A stretch of 64,000 nucleotides of DNA, taken from assembly GCA_039809385.1 (NCBI GenBank), contig JBDHUY010000005.1, positions 62,254 through 126,253 on the forward strand, in the 5' to 3' direction. The notes under the pieces are model-generated. The model saw nothing but the letters and a program-made list of their open reading frames with translations, did not search any database and was not told the origin of the DNA. Origin of the DNA: Candidatus Altimarinota bacterium. GTDB taxonomy: Bacteria > Patescibacteriota > Gracilibacteria > JBDHUY01. The translations under genes were made by a program, and so were the position numbers. Below are positions 1-9,672 of this stretch, one piece after another; position 1 is the stretch's first letter; each line of letters opens with the position of its first letter.

Positions 1-225
1 TGCTGGTAGTTTTAAGCAAACAAACCAAAACGCAGACATGATATTGTTGGCTTTTGGCGTATTCGATATAGGTAAGAATAATGCGGAGAGTCCCTGCAAC
101 GTTCTACCTAACAACATTCATGGCAGGTATCTCTTCCTCAGAAATCTTCTCATAAGAAAATATGCGTATAGGATAAAAACATAATCGATTCTTCCTCCGC
201 ATTTTATTTTTTACTTATTTCCCGT

Positions 226-936
226 ATGTCCAAGCAATCATCCGGTATGTTGCTCGTTGGTCTGCTCCTGGGAGCTAGTTTGACCTTTTCTTTTCAGTAT
301 GCGGTCGGCATCGATAAAGATCCCGAACCTTCCGGTACTGCCACACTTTCCTTAACAGCTCCCAAATCGGTCAGTGTCTTAACAAATACAGGCGGATTTA
401 CCGTTCCAACGATACTTCAATATAAACAAAACAGTTGTACTTCCTGCAGCGGACAAGATGTGGTAAATGAGATCATGATCGATGTAAACGGCGATGGGTT
501 GACCGATATCGCGAATGTGGACAAGGATCCATACACTGGAAATAATACCTATCTGAATAACGGCGACGGAACATGGGTGGTGGGAAAAGGCGTACAGGAA
601 TATGACGGCTATAACTATGTGTACCACTATACGGATATTAACGGAGATGGAAAAGTTGAGCAGCTCCAGACTCAGTGGCAGCCGAGTGGTGACGGGTATT
701 ATTTTGTTACAATTAGCGGTACGGGGCTTGTTACTAATGCAAGTGTCAAAGTTCTCTCCACTCGACCATTTGAACGTGGCTTGCATTTTATGGATGTCAA
801 TGGCGACAGTTTACCCGATATGGTCATATCCGGGTATGATTTTCAAGGATCTTCCGGCTCGAATTACCTATACAAAGCCGTATTTCTGAATACCGGAACA
901 GGCTGGGAAAAAGTGTACGAGGCAGTTGGTTCATAA
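226..936 (+). CDS. Secreted FG-GAP/VCBS-repeat (beta-propeller blade) protein
   Basis: N-terminal hydrophobic signal/anchor. Three Ca-binding DxNGDG motifs (DVNGDGLTD, DINGDGKVE, DVNGDSLPD) with YLNNGDGTW and FLNTGTGW strands. Confidence 0.8.
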   Translation: MSKQSSGMLLVGLLLGASLTFSFQYAVGIDKDPEPSGTATLSLTAPKSVSVLTNTGGFTVPTILQYKQNSCTSCSGQDVVNEIMIDVNGDGLTDIANVDKDPYTGNNTYLNNGDGTWVVGKGVQEYDGYNYVYHYTDINGDGKVEQLQTQWQPSGDGYYFVTISGTGLVTNASVKVLSTRPFERGLHFMDVNGDSLPDMVISGYDFQGSSGSNYLYKAVFLNTGTGWEKVYEAVGS

Positions 937-972
937 GCTGTAGCTACGCTTTATTCCTCTTCTTTGATTCTT

Positions 973-3900
973 ATGAACTTCTCTATACAACTACAGCGAC
1001 GTCAGGTGCGTGCCGGTTCTGTACTCCTTGTCATCCTTATCGCGCAATTGCTTTTCTCATCAACAGCTTTGGCTCAGGAAACAGGAAATATCCCCGGGGA
1101 TATCGCCCCGCCGACCGCTTCAGGATCAGAAGTGGGGACAACTACCCTTATACCGGAAGCAACTGAAATCTCAGATGAAACGGGATCAGACAGTTTTGAC
1201 GTATCTACTCACAATGCCTCTGCGGAAAAACGTCTGGAAAAGATTGCGCCGGAAACTGCGTCGGCTTCTACCGAACCTGACACGCTACCTCCTTTTAATC
1301 CGGGAGGAATAGCACACCACGCAAATCAGGGCGATACGCTGCAAGAATTCAGCGGGACCTTCAATGCCGATCTTTTTAGCGGAAGCGCATCCTTTACCTA
1401 CCCGTTGCAACTTCCCCCGGGACGGAACAATCTGACTCCGGTACTCGGCTTGCACTATTCATCGGCAAATTCACGCCCGGACAGTCTGGCCGGTTTTGGG
1501 TGGGATAGTACGTCTTCATCGATTACCAGAACAAGCAAAAAACCGATTCAGGATATTTTTACGGATACTACATTCACTTCCTCTATTTTTGGTCAAAACG
1601 AAGAACTTGTCCTGGTAAATGCGGCCACCGGCGAATACCGTCCCAAGGTAGAAGGGTCCTTTCGTATATATACCCTGAACAACAATACCTGGCTTGTGAA
1701 AGATAAAAATGGAACCGTGTATACGTTTGGCAACTCATCCGCAAGCAGACAGGATGATCCTCTGGATGCCAGCCATATCTATCAATGGATGCTCGAAAAG
1801 ATCGAAGACCGGAATGGCAATACCATGCTGTTTTCCTATACCAAAAACCAGGGATACGTCTATCCCGACACCATACGATATACCGGCAATGGGAACGACC
1901 CGGGAATATATCAAGTCCAGTTCGGATATGCCCCGCATCCCCGCCCAGTAGAGCGATATGCTACTGGTTTTTTCGTTAAGTTATCCCAGCGGTTGACTAG
2001 TATCAATATTCAGGTCAAGCATGGCGCCTCCTATGAAACGGTCAATAGCTACCAACTCTCCTATGATGATAGCGATGTGCGGGGCCTTTTGTCTCAAATC
2101 CAGATTGTCACGGCCAGTGGAACGCTTCCGCCCACTAGGTTTGGTTATACCCATGATGCTCCGGTCGGGACGCCGTATATACCGAGCGGACTTCTCCAAT
2201 TGATCCAGACTCCGTACGGAGCAAGTACTCAATTGATGTATCGGTCATCGGCGCAGTATATCGATGCTATCGGTATGAGACTGAACCCGAAATTGCCGTT
2301 TACCATGACCACGGTTGCGCAAGTAAGTACCAAAAATACTTCGGCAGATGTGCCCAAAGTTATGACATACGAATATGCCCAGGGGCATTATTTCACTGAT
2401 TTTTATGACCACACCAAACGCGAATATGCCGGATTCGGTATAGTGACGGTGAAAGATGCGGCTGGAAATGTACAAAAGAACTATTTTCATCAGAGTGAGA
2501 AAGATTTCAGCAATACAGCTGCCGCCGCTTGGGGCGAATACCAGGATCATTTGAGTAAAAAAGGGCTGATATACCGATCGGAAAGCTATGACCATGCCGG
2601 ACATCTCTATGCTGTTTCGGTCAACAAATACGATCGTACCGACTTGGGGAATGCTCGTAACTTTCCTTTCCTGGTGCAATCGGTGAGTATGAGTTACGAC
2701 GGTACCGCTACGCATCGCGACACGGCCGTCTCCTATACCTATGATGCCTATGGCAATGTTCTGACACAAAAAAATTGGGGCGAAGTGGTCGCTGACAATG
2801 CTGGTTCGTTTACCGACTTGGGAAATGATACGGTTATACGGGAGACATCGTATGCTCTCAATGCTGCCGCGTATATTACTGCACTACCCCAGCAGGTGGT
2901 TATCAAGGACGGTTCGAATAGCATCTTGCAACAACAACGTTTCTACTACGATGGATTAGCGCTGGGGGAGGTTTCAAAGGGCAATGTAACCAAACAGGAG
3001 GACTGGCTCAAGGAATCTGACCGGTTTATCCCTGTAAAACAACAGGCGTTCAACGCATTAGGGCTTCCCACATCTGTCACCGATGCCCGCGGAAAAGTTA
3101 CGGCATATACCTATGATACGTTCAATCTTTATCCATTGGCTGTTACGAACCCGCTGGGACATGGGTTCTCTTTTGTGTACGATTATGATTCCGGGAAAGT
3201 CAAAGAGACACTCGATCCTAATGGAGCCAAAACCACGAACACGTATGACAGCTTGGGAAGATTGCTCGAGACCAGAGTTACCAACCCGACCAATCCCAGC
3301 TCCCAGCTGATAGCCAGCAGTATGCAGTATTTTGATGCCGAGATTCCGGTTAGAATCGTTACAACCCAGTTTAATGGTCAACCTGGAGATGTGGGCAAAC
3401 TGACGATCAAGTTTTTCGATGGGTTCGGCCATTTGTTGCAAACCAGAAATACCGCCGAAGCAGTGAACGAGTATGCCGTTACCTCGATCCTGTATGATGA
3501 ACAGAACCGTGTGAAAAAAGAGTTGCTGCCCATATTTGAGACCGGTGCCTCCTTTACAGTTCCAAATGCTAATGCTCCGGGAAGCAGTTTCAGCTATGAT
3601 TCGCTGGATCGTGTCCTTGCCGTCAGTAATAGTCTGGGTACAACTGCAACGAGCTATGACAAATGGACCAAACTCGTAACTGACGCCAACGGTCATCAAA
3701 AGAAGTTTTATTTTGATGCTTACCAAAATCTTGTTCAGGTTGATGAAAAGAACGGATCTGCTACATACACGACCCGCTATGACTATGACCGCTTGCAAAG
3801 ATTGGCAGCGATTACCGATGCCGAAGGTAACGTTCGTAATTTTACTTATGACTCGCTCTCGAGATTACTTTCCCAGGATATGCTGCACAAGCCGACAGCT

Positions 3901-6900
3901 AACAGCTCACAGCTGACGGCTTGGAACTATACATATGATGATACCGGTAATGTTGTACAGAAGACTGATCCGAATGGCCAGGTGGTCAGCTATACTTACG
4001 ACGATTTGAACCGTCCGTTGACGGAAGATTTTGCTGGAACAGCCGGAGTGGAAGTGAGTAATGAATATGATATCGGGATCTACGCCAAGGGCAAAGTAAA
4101 CAAAGTGAGTACCGCCGGATTGGTGCAGGAATTTGGATATGGCATTTTGGGAAATCAAGAAGTCCTAACACAGCGAATTGACGGAAAGGTCTATAATACC
4201 TATACTTCATATGATCTGCTGGGGAACGTGCTGAATGTGTCTTATAATAATTTTAAGACGATCAGTTATCAGTACAACAAAGCCTATTTGATCGATCGGG
4301 TGACGGAGGGGCTCAATGTCCTGGTAGCCAATGTGGACTACAATCCGCAGGGACTCATTAGCAAAATTGATTTTGGTAACGGCACGAGTACGGTCAACAC
4401 CTACGATCCACAGAAGCTGTATCGTTTGACAAACAAAAAAACGACCAAGGGCGCGAATATTGTCTACCAGAATATCGATTATACTTACGATCCGGTTGGA
4501 AATCTGATCAATATTACCGAGAACGCTGCTACCGCGGCCCAACGCAACGCTGTATATACATATGACGATCTTGATCGGCTTCTCTCTGCGACGACGATCC
4601 GCACTGATTCTCTTTCTGCCAATCAGAATACATTTATACAAAACTTTGACCAGCTTGTGGCTGCCCGTGTAGTCGAAGGTGATGTTGTAGCAAAAGACCT
4701 GACTTCCGCTGTGACAAGCTCTGCTGTAACTTTGACCAGTCTGACCCCAGGTAGTGGCCTGGCAGGTGCAAGTATAGTGGCTTTGGGGACAAATTTTGCG
4801 CCGACTAATAACGAGGTCAATTTTGTCGGATGTCAATCCGCGACAACAATTTATGGTATCTCTTCGGCAAACGGTACAACTTTGAATTTTGCTGTCCCTT
4901 TTTCATCAAACATCTCTGATAACTGTATTGTGATGATTCGAAGTAATAACGTATTGAGCAACGGACTTCCTTTTACTATAGTGGCCAGCAACTCCAATAC
5001 AAATTCCAGTAACCAGAATCAGAATACCAATTCTCTTACCCAAACATTTAGCTATAGTCCTACTGGTAATATCCTGTCCAATTCACTTCTGGGCAACTAC
5101 GTCTATAATGGAACGTCCAACGCCAATCCCCAGGCTGTGACGCACATAGGATCGGAACGCAGCTATATGTACGATAAAAATGGGAATGTTATCGCAACAG
5201 CAAATGCCGGTGTATCTCACAACCTGCGCTATGATTATCGTAACAACATGGTCGAGTCCAGCACAGGGACAAGTGTGACCAAGTATATGTATGACGCCAG
5301 ACATGGTCGCATGAAAAAATGGAATGTTCCATCCCCCGCAGCTGTTTGGCATAATACTATTGCCGATACCGACTGGTCGAACTTGCTCGTCCAGGTCGGA
5401 GAAACGGATACAGCCACTGAGACCCCGGTTATTCTGGCGGCTGCCGTAACCGGCCCTGTAACGCTCTCCGGATTGAATCCGACCAGCGGCCCCCCCGGAA
5501 CCGTAGTAACCTTGACCGGAACAAATTTTAGCAGTACGTCCAACCGGGTCCGCATGGAATGTACGGGGACGGGCGGAGGGCAAAAAAATATAAGCGAACT
5601 ATCTTCTGCCAACGGAACCTCTCTCTCTTTTACCGTTCCAAGCAGTCTCTCGGGTTTTCAGGGAGCGTGTACGGTCAGTGCCAGAAACAGTACCGTCGCG
5701 ACCTATAGCAATGGCTTGGTCTTTACGGTGAACGGAGTCGCTACGCTTGCCGGGCTCTCGCCTGCGAGCGGACCTCCCGTTACCAATGTTACCGTCACCG
5801 GAACCAACTTCACCAGTACGGGAAATACAGTTCAAATGAAGTGTGGTACGGCCGGAGTAAAAAGTATCGCGAACCTCGTTTCCGCGAATGGTACTAGCCT
5901 CACGTTCTCTGTTCCCGCCGCATTGTCAACCTATCAGGGAAACTGTATGGTCAGTGTACGAAACAGTAAAGTCAGTCTCTATAGTGCCGAATTGCCTTTC
6001 ACGGTCAAGGGAGGCGTTACACTGTCCGGTGTAAATCCGGCTGCCGGACCGGTGGGAACGGCTGTTACGCTGGCTGGTGAAAATTTCAGCAGTACCGGAA
6101 ATACCGTCAAAATGGTGTGTAGCGGTACGGGCGGAGGAACCAAAACCATAGCTTCAATCGATTCTCCCAGCGGAACATCGGTCGTCTTTACGGTTCCGGC
6201 TACTCTGTCTGCCTTTACTGGCAATTGCAACGTGAGCGCGCGCAGTTCCGCCATTGCGACGTACAGTAACTCGCTGGTGTATAGGGTGGGGACTGTTGCC
6301 ACGAATGGGAATGGAAACAGTTCCAACCAAAACACCAATGCTCAAAACGCGAATAGCAATGGGGCTAATTCCAATATAAACAGTGGCAGTAGTAATGCTA
6401 ATGTGAACGCTTCCAATCAGAATATCAATGCAGCCAACGTTAATATAAATCTGAATGTCAACAGCCCGGCCGGTAATACAAATGCCAATATGGCAAATCA
6501 AAACCTGAACGCTCCCCAGGGAGTTCCGGTTATCTCCACGGTCACCCCCGACTCCGGTGCGGCTGGTACGCTGGTAACGCTGCATGGTTCAGGGTTTACC
6601 GCTACGGGCAATACGGTGACGTTCAAGAAGTGTTCACCTTTGTATCAGTCGGCATCTGTCTCCAATCTATCCTCGACCAATGGCACTGACCTGGTCTTTG
6701 CCATTCCCGCGACTCTGACCGAGCCGGGCCTCTGTCAGTCCCTTCTGGTCGGGAATCCCAATGGATTTAGCAACAGTGTCTCTTTTACGATCACCACAGG
6801 CACTTCAAATGTAAATACCAATCTGAATGGCAATGGGAATACCAATGGCGAGAATGGTAATACGAACGGAAACGGGGGGAACGGTAATACAAATGCTCCG

Positions 6901-8040
6901 GCCAGTAATATGACGCTCTATCTGGGGGGCTATGAGGTAGAGGGAACCGCCGATCCGAACGGTGTTTTGACAACGCAGAATCTCAAGCGGCTGAATATCA
7001 ACCTGGGGTCTGACCAGGGGGTTTCGATTGAGACCGATCTGTCCAGTAATGTGACAAGGTATGTCTATCATCATACCGATTTTCTGACCGGCGGTTCGGT
7101 GGATACCGACCAGAATGGCTATATGCTCCAGGTGCAGGATTATATGCCTTTTGGGACGAATCGGGTTGATCAGCGGTTTTCATCGTATGCGAATAAGAAG
7201 AAATTTACGGGGAAAGAGCTGGATGGCGAAAGCGGGCTGTATTACTATGGGGCGAGGTATTATGACAGCGATATTGGCCGGTGGATGGGGTTGGATCCGC
7301 TGGTACTGGGGGAGGTAAAGGAGAAGAAGATCGCGGATCTCCTGATGAATCCCCAGGAGCTAAACGGATATACGTATGTTTTGAACAATCCGCTCAAATA
7401 TGTGGATATAACGGGATTACTTACCCAAGTCATTGTTCGGTCTGCCCGAGGATTGGCTGACATTAAGGACTTTGGGCATGTGGCAATCAGTATCAATGGA
7501 AGATGTTATGATTTTTACCCTATAAGTAACGATGCAGGTAAAAATCTTACAACGGGAAATCAGATGGTTCGAAATGTAGGAACTATATCGGACTTTATTA
7601 ATGATCCAACGAATAAACCTGGTGATGTATTTTCGATATTTACCTTAAGCAGCAATATTTCTCTAGAACAAGAGAAAATGATTGAGGAGTATCTTAAGTC
7701 ATATAATCTATCAGATAATGGGTATTCGGTTGGAGGTGCTTTCATAGAGAATGGTGGCGAAGTTTGTACAACGGTAGTGATTAACGCACTTAAAGCTGGG
7801 AATGTCTCCATCCCTCGTGTGGTAGATCCAGAGGGTCTAAGAGTCAACTTAATGCTATATTATGTTGCTTCACAATTGGGGCATGTTAATAGTATTGTAA
7901 GTTCAGTAGAAATTATAACACTTAAAGAGGCTATGAAAAAATTCCAAGGCGGTATATTTACAAACATTGTTAATCCTGCTCCCATCTATGGGCCGCCTGC
8001 TCCTTCAAAGAAAGGACAGAATTCCGGCGCCTATCCATAA
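973..8040 (+). CDS. Giant secreted Rhs/YD-repeat protein (SpvB + TcdB_midN + YD shell + IPT/TIG inserts + Rhs core + C-terminal tip)
   Basis: Signal peptide ending ALA-Q. SpvB-like SGSASFTYPLQLPPGRNNLTPVLGLHYSS; midN-like REYAGFG; many YxYD repeats; Rhs core FTGKELDGESGLYYYGARYYDSDIGRW..DP..YVLNNPLKYVDITGL. Alternative TTG start at 964. Confidence 0.93.
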   Translation: MNFSIQLQRRQVRAGSVLLVILIAQLLFSSTALAQETGNIPGDIAPPTASGSEVGTTTLIPEATEISDETGSDSFDVSTHNASAEKRLEKIAPETASASTEPDTLPPFNPGGIAHHANQGDTLQEFSGTFNADLFSGSASFTYPLQLPPGRNNLTPVLGLHYSSANSRPDSLAGFGWDSTSSSITRTSKKPIQDIFTDTTFTSSIFGQNEELVLVNAATGEYRPKVEGSFRIYTLNNNTWLVKDKNGTVYTFGNSSASRQDDPLDASHIYQWMLEKIEDRNGNTMLFSYTKNQGYVYPDTIRYTGNGNDPGIYQVQFGYAPHPRPVERYATGFFVKLSQRLTSINIQVKHGASYETVNSYQLSYDDSDVRGLLSQIQIVTASGTLPPTRFGYTHDAPVGTPYIPSGLLQLIQTPYGASTQLMYRSSAQYIDAIGMRLNPKLPFTMTTVAQVSTKNTSADVPKVMTYEYAQGHYFTDFYDHTKREYAGFGIVTVKDAAGNVQKNYFHQSEKDFSNTAAAAWGEYQDHLSKKGLIYRSESYDHAGHLYAVSVNKYDRTDLGNARNFPFLVQSVSMSYDGTATHRDTAVSYTYDAYGNVLTQKNWGEVVADNAGSFTDLGNDTVIRETSYALNAAAYITALPQQVVIKDGSNSILQQQRFYYDGLALGEVSKGNVTKQEDWLKESDRFIPVKQQAFNALGLPTSVTDARGKVTAYTYDTFNLYPLAVTNPLGHGFSFVYDYDSGKVKETLDPNGAKTTNTYDSLGRLLETRVTNPTNPSSQLIASSMQYFDAEIPVRIVTTQFNGQPGDVGKLTIKFFDGFGHLLQTRNTAEAVNEYAVTSILYDEQNRVKKELLPIFETGASFTVPNANAPGSSFSYDSLDRVLAVSNSLGTTATSYDKWTKLVTDANGHQKKFYFDAYQNLVQVDEKNGSATYTTRYDYDRLQRLAAITDAEGNVRNFTYDSLSRLLSQDMLHKPTANSSQLTAWNYTYDDTGNVVQKTDPNGQVVSYTYDDLNRPLTEDFAGTAGVEVSNEYDIGIYAKGKVNKVSTAGLVQEFGYGILGNQEVLTQRIDGKVYNTYTSYDLLGNVLNVSYNNFKTISYQYNKAYLIDRVTEGLNVLVANVDYNPQGLISKIDFGNGTSTVNTYDPQKLYRLTNKKTTKGANIVYQNIDYTYDPVGNLINITENAATAAQRNAVYTYDDLDRLLSATTIRTDSLSANQNTFIQNFDQLVAARVVEGDVVAKDLTSAVTSSAVTLTSLTPGSGLAGASIVALGTNFAPTNNEVNFVGCQSATTIYGISSANGTTLNFAVPFSSNISDNCIVMIRSNNVLSNGLPFTIVASNSNTNSSNQNQNTNSLTQTFSYSPTGNILSNSLLGNYVYNGTSNANPQAVTHIGSERSYMYDKNGNVIATANAGVSHNLRYDYRNNMVESSTGTSVTKYMYDARHGRMKKWNVPSPAAVWHNTIADTDWSNLLVQVGETDTATETPVILAAAVTGPVTLSGLNPTSGPPGTVVTLTGTNFSSTSNRVRMECTGTGGGQKNISELSSANGTSLSFTVPSSLSGFQGACTVSARNSTVATYSNGLVFTVNGVATLAGLSPASGPPVTNVTVTGTNFTSTGNTVQMKCGTAGVKSIANLVSANGTSLTFSVPAALSTYQGNCMVSVRNSKVSLYSAELPFTVKGGVTLSGVNPAAGPVGTAVTLAGENFSSTGNTVKMVCSGTGGGTKTIASIDSPSGTSVVFTVPATLSAFTGNCNVSARSSAIATYSNSLVYRVGTVATNGNGNSSNQNTNAQNANSNGANSNINSGSSNANVNASNQNINAANVNINLNVNSPAGNTNANMANQNLNAPQGVPVISTVTPDSGAAGTLVTLHGSGFTATGNTVTFKKCSPLYQSASVSNLSSTNGTDLVFAIPATLTEPGLCQSLLVGNPNGFSNSVSFTITTGTSNVNTNLNGNGNTNGENGNTNGNGGNGNTNAPASNMTLYLGGYEVEGTADPNGVLTTQNLKRLNINLGSDQGVSIETDLSSNVTRYVYHHTDFLTGGSVDTDQNGYMLQVQDYMPFGTNRVDQRFSSYANKKKFTGKELDGESGLYYYGARYYDSDIGRWMGLDPLVLGEVKEKKIADLLMNPQELNGYTYVLNNPLKYVDITGLLTQVIVRSARGLADIKDFGHVAISINGRCYDFYPISNDAGKNLTTGNQMVRNVGTISDFINDPTNKPGDVFSIFTLSSNISLEQEKMIEEYLKSYNLSDNGYSVGGAFIENGGEVCTTVVINALKAGNVSIPRVVDPEGLRVNLMLYYVASQLGHVNSIVSSVEIITLKEAMKKFQGGIFTNIVNPAPIYGPPAPSKKGQNSGAYP
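6300..6510 (+). repeat. Asn-rich low-complexity linker inside the Rhs gene (similar tracts at about 4985-5030 and 6805-6905)
   Basis: Translation such as NGNGNSSNQNTNAQNANSNGANSNINSGSSNANVNASNQNINAANVNINLNVNS. Confidence 0.85.
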
Positions 8041-8078
8041 TAAAAGGAAATCTGTGAAATAAAAAATAGCGTAAAAGA

Positions 8079-8116
8079 AAAAGCCCCGTGTATCCGGTAG
8101 GACACACGGGGCTTTT
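8079..8116. terminator. Bidirectional rho-independent terminator between the convergent Rhs and CDPS genes
   Basis: AAAAGCCCCGTGT-atccggtaggac-ACACGGGGCTTTT: 13-bp perfect stem with A/T tails on both sides. Confidence 0.88.
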
Positions 8117-8349
8117 CGGTCTTTTCTGATCCATCGTTGCGCTGCGTGATCAGGTTTTTATATATTCTACTGTTTCTAAATCAATCGCCTAGATAGCAGA
8201 ATATTTACAAATGCGGTCTTGGTCTGGCCAGGTTCGGTAGAAGCTCTCCAAATTTTTATTGCCCCAAATAAAGCTCGAAAATCTGTGCGATATTCCGGAC
8301 TCTGGACAAGCCAGCGTGAAGTGCCGGCTACTCGATTTTATGACAAATC

Positions 8350-9078
8350 TTATCTTTCCGGCCCTCTTCTAAAATCAATGTCAACAATGCCGACATTCAC
8401 TCGCAAATCAAGAGCTCTGGTTAGCGCCGGGTAGGCGCGTCCTTCCATAATCGTTTGTGTTAAAACATCCAACTTCCCCATACCCGGATACAGTATGGCG
8501 GTGTAGTAGACAGGATTTTCTAATGTTCTTATTCCGCCGACAAAATATGGCAATTCATGCAGAATGTATAGGGCGACAGCTTCAAGTCTTTTTATCTCCG
8601 GACTTCTTCCTCTGCCCTCGACAATATTTTTGGCAATTTCCAGCACACTGTGGTAAAAATCCGATTGCCTGGAGAACTCCCTGAAGAATATTTCCCGTCT
8701 TTTGATACACACAGGATCGCACGTTTCGTCATAATTTGCTACGGTAATCTTTGCTTGTTGCTTCACAGGAAGCCTTAACACGATCGCGGTAATAGTATCT
8801 TTCATCCTGTCTTCATCCGCAAAAGCCCGCCTCAGTGATTCAGCTCTGCCGAATTTTTCAAAGTAGTAATAGTTGGTGGCTTGTATTCTTCCCGGTACCC
8901 AGATAAGGATTTTCTCTTTTGTGTATTGTAGCGCAAAATCGAGCATGGCCCTGATATGTTCTGAATCGAATAGCCTATTTGAAAGGCTAATACCGATCCA
9001 TATATTATGTCTACGTGCATATATTTCTTCGAGATGGATGCCCATACTTGTCATCGCGTTGACTTGGAATTTTGACAT
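8350..9078 (-). CDS. tRNA-dependent cyclodipeptide synthase (CDPS)
   Basis: CDPS catalytic motifs in the expected order: IGISLSNRLF (catalytic Ser, Asn), YILHELP (YxxxExP), LYPG. Length of 242 aa is typical. Confidence 0.85.
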   Translation of the reverse strand: MSKFQVNAMTSMGIHLEEIYARRHNIWIGISLSNRLFDSEHIRAMLDFALQYTKEKILIWVPGRIQATNYYYFEKFGRAESLRRAFADEDRMKDTITAIVLRLPVKQQAKITVANYDETCDPVCIKRREIFFREFSRQSDFYHSVLEIAKNIVEGRGRSPEIKRLEAVALYILHELPYFVGGIRTLENPVYYTAILYPGMGKLDVLTQTIMEGRAYPALTRALDLRVNVGIVDIDFRRGPER

Positions 9079-9187
9079 AAGGAATTACTATCAAGACGAA
9101 ATAGACGACATTTATTTTACGCCATCGGGTCTATAAAATCTATGTTCAAAGCGTTACAATCTATCATTTGTACTTCTCCTTTGATAC

Positions 9188-9346
9188 TAATTCCAAATCT
9201 ACATGATAAAAAGCCAAGATCACAGCAGGATACCCAATATTAAAGTTCGAAAAAATTTGTGACAGGCAAGTATGATGCATGGCTTCTACATTTGATATTG
9301 GATATTTGAGTTTATTTTGGCATTTGGATTTTGAGCTTTGAGATTA
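9188..9346. repeat. Degenerate inverted repeat with about 7-nt periodic arms (MITE/IVS-like, no gene)
   Basis: Left arm TAATTCCAAATCT..AAAGCCAAGAT..CCAATATTAAA is approximately the reverse complement of the right arm TTTGATATTGG..TTTTGGCATTTGGATTTTGAGCTTTGAGATTA. Confidence 0.55.
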
Positions 9347-9672
9347 ACGAATACACGTATATCACGTTGAAGTGGAACTAGTTTGAGAGGATCGTTTCTG
9401 AAAAGTTTTCAAGACATGACTTCAAGAAGCAACGTAGATAGTTCTAAGAAAACATAGCCATAACGTCGCGCTGACTCTTCTCTAGATAGAAGTAGTATAA
9501 TTTCTGCACCTTGTATCAGAGTTCTGTCTACTTTTTATTTGTCTCCCCAAGCCGGAATTCGTATAGTAATACCACATATGCCAAAGCGGGAATCTTATAA
9601 TCTTTGTCATGTGTATCCAGTTAAAAATTAAAATAATTTCTTGTAATTTATCTTTCATAATTTGCCTTCTCT

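Noticed and set aside
8219-8434. 71-aa ORF as the Rhs immunity protein
   Set aside because: It lies beyond the terminator, starts with TTG, overlaps the CDPS antisense and has no convincing protein features.
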